Part shown: positions 45,273-48,895 of the stretch, one piece after another
Layout: each line of letters begins with the position of its first letter
How positions within the stretch are numbered: position 1 is the first letter of the stretch
Origin: Nitrospirota bacterium
GTDB taxonomy: Bacteria; UBA9089; CG2-30-40-21; SBAY01
Assembly: GCA_043816605.1 (NCBI GenBank)
Contig: JBDRHR010000173.1
Location: 1-48,895, forward strand
Length of the DNA stretch: 48,895 nt
Reading direction: 5' to 3'
Notes under the pieces: generated by a model
The model's database searches: none
What the model was told of the DNA's origin: nothing
Seen by the model: the letters and a program-made list of their open reading frames with translations, nothing else
Translations under genes and position numbers: made by a program

Positions 45273-47030
45273 CTATGGCACTTTGACTACAACATGGTCA
45301 TAATACAAACTGCCAAAATCGAGCACACCATTCATAACCATATCTACGCCAAAGTAGAAGGTGTAAGTCCCCGAAGGTAGTGATGTGTTCAAGGTGTTAA
45401 ATGGGCTCAGGTTAAATAAATGTCCTTGATAACTAACATTGGAACCTGACACCCAGTTGTTTCCACTTACATTATACCGATACAAACCAAAAGGTGTATC
45501 GGCGACATGCCACCAATCTGCATTTTGACCTGCATAACCCCATGGATCAAGTTTAATGGTAATTGATACTGACCCTGGTGTAGTTATTGTTCCATCAGAG
45601 CCATTTGCCTTGATATCAGGTAAAGGTAACGCTACCCCCACTTGAATATTGGCTGTCATTGTCGCAGCTGAAGGGCTGATATTTGTTACTCCTACACCGG
45701 TAGGTCCGGTAAGATAGGCATCAGAGTTTGGGGTAGTGGTACCGGTAAAGGCTTTATTATTGGTTGAGCCTGGAAATGGGTCACCGGTATCACCACTATT
45801 AGTGTTATGTTCAAGTTGCCACAGCCCATCGGCCGGTTCTACGGCTACCTTATAATGGTTAGCCGGAGGAAGTCCCGGATACCACTGATTATCATTATTT
45901 GGCATATTATCATCGACATGCCAGAGCATCAGACCGGCACCTGGTAATGACACATCAAAGCCTGCCTTTTGCCGATTTTCTGCCAGAAAATATTCGTTTA
46001 CCGGCAAACCATTTGTCCAAAGTTTATAGATAACCTTGTTTGCCTCTACATTAGGGAATGAGACATTATTCTGATTTATTGTGGGGACAACAGGTGTTAC
46101 CCAACCTAAGGCAATCTTTGACCAGGCATCCGGATGGACAGGTTTTGTGCCACCACCACCCCAGCTACCACCTGCCATAAGACTCCAATAGCCAACTCCT
46201 TTAGAATCGTAGCCATAGTCATATAAATCCGGCAGACCGAAGACATGACCCAATTCGTGTGAAAATACACCAATCTTCCCATCCTCCGGCTCCATAGAAT
46301 AACCAGAGACATGTACTCCATCAACAGTCATTACAGAATGTGTCTGCCATGCATGCGACCAGATATCGTTTACACTACCTGTTACTTCAGCCCCGGGTCC
46401 GGCATGGACAATGAACAAGGCATCTACATAGGTATCTCCATCATTGTCATAATTAGCGAAATCAACATAAGGATTAGCTAAGTTCACTGTATCTTCGGTC
46501 AATCGTTGAGCATTATGAGGGTAAGAGCCAAAACCATAGTTACCATTAGTATAGTAGCTATAAAGTTGCGGTGCTCTCCCCCAGCCGACTACCGAGCCTT
46601 GAACATCCAATTGACTGTAGGAGACTTCTTTATAATAGTCCCGCATACTGCCGGTCGGATATGTGGCTAAAGAGAATAGAAGATTCGTGTACTGATATTG
46701 GGCAGTAGTGGCTACCTTATCCGAGAAATCCACCAGCAGGACAATTGCTTTTCTCACTCCTGTTACCGGTGCTTTAGCAGGTTCAGGCGTATCTAATCCT
46801 GCAGGTCTTTCCGGAAATTCGCGAATAAACTTTTCCCATTTTCCTTCTCGCTTAAGTTTCTCCTCAAGGTCAGGATGTGGCGGCATTGTACAGAAAGATT
46901 GGATAAACACTGGTGGTTGATTTTGTGAGATTATCAGCAGGTCGGCATCATAAGTTACGGCTATTGACTGTAGTGGTATCAGTATCCACCCCAACATTAA
47001 AATCATACAGTTTAAACATCTTTTTACCAT
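45273..47030 (-). CDS. secreted M6-family (immune inhibitor A-like) metalloprotease
   Basis: Zinc motif HELGHVFGLPDLYD. Signal peptide. C-terminal beta-sandwich-like extension. GGAGG Shine-Dalgarno. Confidence 0.85.
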   Translation of the reverse strand: MVKRCLNCMILMLGWILIPLQSIAVTYDADLLIISQNQPPVFIQSFCTMPPHPDLEEKLKREGKWEKFIREFPERPAGLDTPEPAKAPVTGVRKAIVLLVDFSDKVATTAQYQYTNLLFSLATYPTGSMRDYYKEVSYSQLDVQGSVVGWGRAPQLYSYYTNGNYGFGSYPHNAQRLTEDTVNLANPYVDFANYDNDGDTYVDALFIVHAGPGAEVTGSVNDIWSHAWQTHSVMTVDGVHVSGYSMEPEDGKIGVFSHELGHVFGLPDLYDYGYDSKGVGYWSLMAGGSWGGGGTKPVHPDAWSKIALGWVTPVVPTINQNNVSFPNVEANKVIYKLWTNGLPVNEYFLAENRQKAGFDVSLPGAGLMLWHVDDNMPNNDNQWYPGLPPANHYKVAVEPADGLWQLEHNTNSGDTGDPFPGSTNNKAFTGTTTPNSDAYLTGPTGVGVTNISPSAATMTANIQVGVALPLPDIKANGSDGTITTPGSVSITIKLDPWGYAGQNADWWHVADTPFGLYRYNVSGNNWVSGSNVSYQGHLFNLSPFNTLNTSLPSGTYTFYFGVDMVMNGVLDFGSLYYDHVVVKVP

Positions 47031-47148
47031 TTTATTTGTTACCTCCTCTTTAAATTACTGACTGAACTAACTCATAGAAATTTGCCTTTTGGGCATTTCC
47101 ATTTTTTCAGTCATTACAAAGAAATTATATTACAAATTTGAATTTTTG

Positions 47149-48354
47149 TCAAGAACTATTTTTAGCCTCGTTAACTAACTTATTAAATATTTCAAGATAT
47201 TCTTGTAGAAACCGTTGTTGATTAAATTGTAATTCAACTCTTTTTCTTCCAGACAAGCCCATATTTTCAGCCTTTTCTTTATTCGTCAATAGTTCTAATA
47301 TCTTTTCACTTAATTCTTCGGCATTTCCAGGGGTAAACAAAAGCCCTGTTTCCCCATCAGATACCAATTCCGGGATACCACCAATTCTACCGGCAATTAC
47401 CGGCTTAGTATAACCCATTGCCTCGTAAATACTTAATGGGCTATTTTCAAGCACAACAGACGGTAAGACAATCATATTAGCCCATGAGTAAAATTCTCCT
47501 ATCCTCTGATGTGGTATTCTACCGTAAAAGTGAACATTTCCCTCTAAATGGAGCGACTGACATTCATCTTCTAATTTCACTCTCTCCGGCCCATCTCCGA
47601 CTATCCCCAATTCTGCCGTTGGAATGACCTCTGCCACCCGACAGAATGCCTTTAATAATACATCCACCCCTTTACTGCGGTAAAGGTCGCCAATGAAAAG
47701 GACTTTATTTTGTTGGTTATCCGATGGAATTACCTGGTGTTTTGAATAATCTATGCCAAAGGGGATAAATAATGCCTTTAATCCATAATTTTTCAGGGCA
47801 TCACGCATAAACATACTTGGCGTAATAAATAGGGTTACTGCCTTTTTTAGCAAGTATTTATTAATTTTCTTGGGGATAAATTGCCGTATAAAGGCTGACC
47901 AGGATAGACAACCTTCAAAATAACACCATCTTCCAAATCCATTATGGTCGCATGGAGTTTCTCCTTTCTTTTTTATCCCGCCGGCAATAGGGCAAAGCAA
48001 TCGATAATCATGAACGGTCTGAATAACAGGGGCTTTATTCCAACAGGCTAATAAAATTGTATTGGTAAAGATATAATTATGGTGAAGATGAATAATATCC
48101 GGCTTTACCTCTTTTATCCATCTCCTCAGGGCAATAAACAGCGGCAGGTTAAAATAATTATACTTGATATGCCTGATAAACTTTATTCCTCTTGAGTAAT
48201 GATAGCAATAGCAAGTTTTTTTATCCTCTTCAGCAGCATAGGTAAAGACAAATGTTTTAATACCTTCTTTCCCTAATAACTCAGATAGTTTTCCCCGATA
48301 TATATTAGTTCCCCCACCAATACTACAAAAATCATGGATTACCAGAATAGTCAT
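47149..48354 (-). CDS. glycosyltransferase family 4
   Basis: GT4 C-terminal pattern ..SPLSIYEAMGYTKPVIAGRIGGIPELVSDGETGLLF. Confidence 0.85.
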   Translation of the reverse strand: MTILVIHDFCSIGGGTNIYRGKLSELLGKEGIKTFVFTYAAEEDKKTCYCYHYSRGIKFIRHIKYNYFNLPLFIALRRWIKEVKPDIIHLHHNYIFTNTILLACWNKAPVIQTVHDYRLLCPIAGGIKKKGETPCDHNGFGRWCYFEGCLSWSAFIRQFIPKKINKYLLKKAVTLFITPSMFMRDALKNYGLKALFIPFGIDYSKHQVIPSDNQQNKVLFIGDLYRSKGVDVLLKAFCRVAEVIPTAELGIVGDGPERVKLEDECQSLHLEGNVHFYGRIPHQRIGEFYSWANMIVLPSVVLENSPLSIYEAMGYTKPVIAGRIGGIPELVSDGETGLLFTPGNAEELSEKILELLTNKEKAENMGLSGRKRVELQFNQQRFLQEYLEIFNKLVNEAKNSS

Positions 48355-48360
48355 ATCTAT

Positions 48361-48389
48361 ATTATAACTTACAATTCCCGCTATGTCAA
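48361..48389 (-). promoter_or_regulatory. perfect consensus sigma70 promoter abutting the GT4 start codon
   Basis: Minus strand reads TTGACA, a 17-nt spacer, then TATAAT, then 6 nt (atagat) and the ATG at 48354. No Shine-Dalgarno. Confidence 0.6.
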
Positions 48390-48400
48390 TTTAAAATCAG

Positions 48401-48601
48401 CAATTCTCGTAATCGGTCAGTCTTCGGGGGGAATATGGAAAAATGTATCAACAGGATTCAAGGGGTTGAGGGGTTGAGGGGGCAAGTGGAATAAGGAAAA
48501 ACAAACACTCGAACCCTTGAACCCTCGAATCCTGGACCCCTTCCTCCCCCTGATAACTGACCCATTACCAATTCTCGTAATCGGTCAATTACGCGTGGGG
48601 A
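48401..48601. repeat. compound repeat: 19-nt direct repeats flanking a nested hairpin
   Basis: caattctcgtaatcggtca occurs at 48401 and 48569. Stem gtaatcggtcagt (48408) pairs with actgacccattac (48555). The inner hairpin caggattcaaggggttgaggggttgaggg (48452..) pairs with cactcgaacccttgaaccctcgaatcctg (..48535). Confidence 0.65.
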
Positions 48602-48895
48602 ACAATTTGCTTAGCCACCATAATAAAAATCTTTTTAGGTAATTCCTCCGTTATTGGTGGAAAATCGGACACCCAAAATGTGTAAGATACTAATAATTTA
48701 ATGATTATAATGCTTTATATGATTTTTCAAAAGATTAATCATCCTAAATCCTTTAACGGAGCTTCCTCCTATCCGCGTACATAAAACACCCTTTAACTAT
48801 TTGAAAACACAAAAGATATGAAGAATTGGCAGATTTTTTTTACTAACTACAATTGCTTGGGCAGGGTTATGTTGAGTGCCTGAAGAATCTTTGTC

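Noticed and set aside
39658-46920. Antisense ORFs in other genes: 39658..39846, 39807..40037, 40171..40431, 43142..43453, 46106..46324 and 46708..46920. The same applies to 16278..16754, 17785..17973, 19208..19393, 20012..20194, 22241..23540 (several), 29957..30145, 31435..31992 and 35725..35991.
   Set aside because: Each overlaps a well-supported gene on the other strand or in another frame, and lacks both a ribosome-binding site and recognisable motifs.

Overview
AT-rich chromosomal window, apparently from an uncultivated diderm bacterium. It has an LptD-like protein, PorV/PorQ-like outer-membrane proteins and a T9SS-type C-terminal sorting domain. I can support 32 CDS, 3 tRNAs (Glu-UUC, Ser-GCU, Ser-UGA), several near-consensus sigma70 promoters, a few intrinsic terminators and a dense set of intergenic hairpin repeats. 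More than a quarter of the window is one intact 12,987-nt gene (1222..14208, minus). It encodes a 4,328-aa secreted modular protein: a signal peptide, three ~430-aa super-repeats, a 25-copy tandem array of an unclassified ~120-aa domain, and a Por-secretion-tail-like C-terminal domain. Three PorV/PorQ-like beta-barrel genes lie in the same window, and two close paralogs flank an overlapping two-gene cassette of unknown function. Housekeeping genes are der, ilvE, lysS, purH, a ttcA-like gene, nikR, a phosphofructokinase, a cold-shock protein and a PIN-PhoH (PhoH2) protein. Accessory or envelope content includes an HTH/PIN toxin-antitoxin pair, an orphan CpaF-type ATPase and two retropepsin-like aspartic proteases. 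It also includes secreted M16, C11 and M6 peptidases, a PHB-depolymerase-type esterase, and a GT4/PIG-L glycan cluster. Non-coding observations are a solitary type I-C-like CRISPR repeat after the csp gene, a 2 x 117-bp tandem repeat between purH and the C11 peptidase gene, and a 35-bp palindrome at the 5' end of the giant gene's transcript. Two perfect-consensus promoters sit so close to their ATG that leaderless mRNAs are predicted. Almost every intergenic spacer carries a long imperfect hairpin built from iterated 6-9 nt words. All family calls come from motifs read by eye in the translations; no database search was run.
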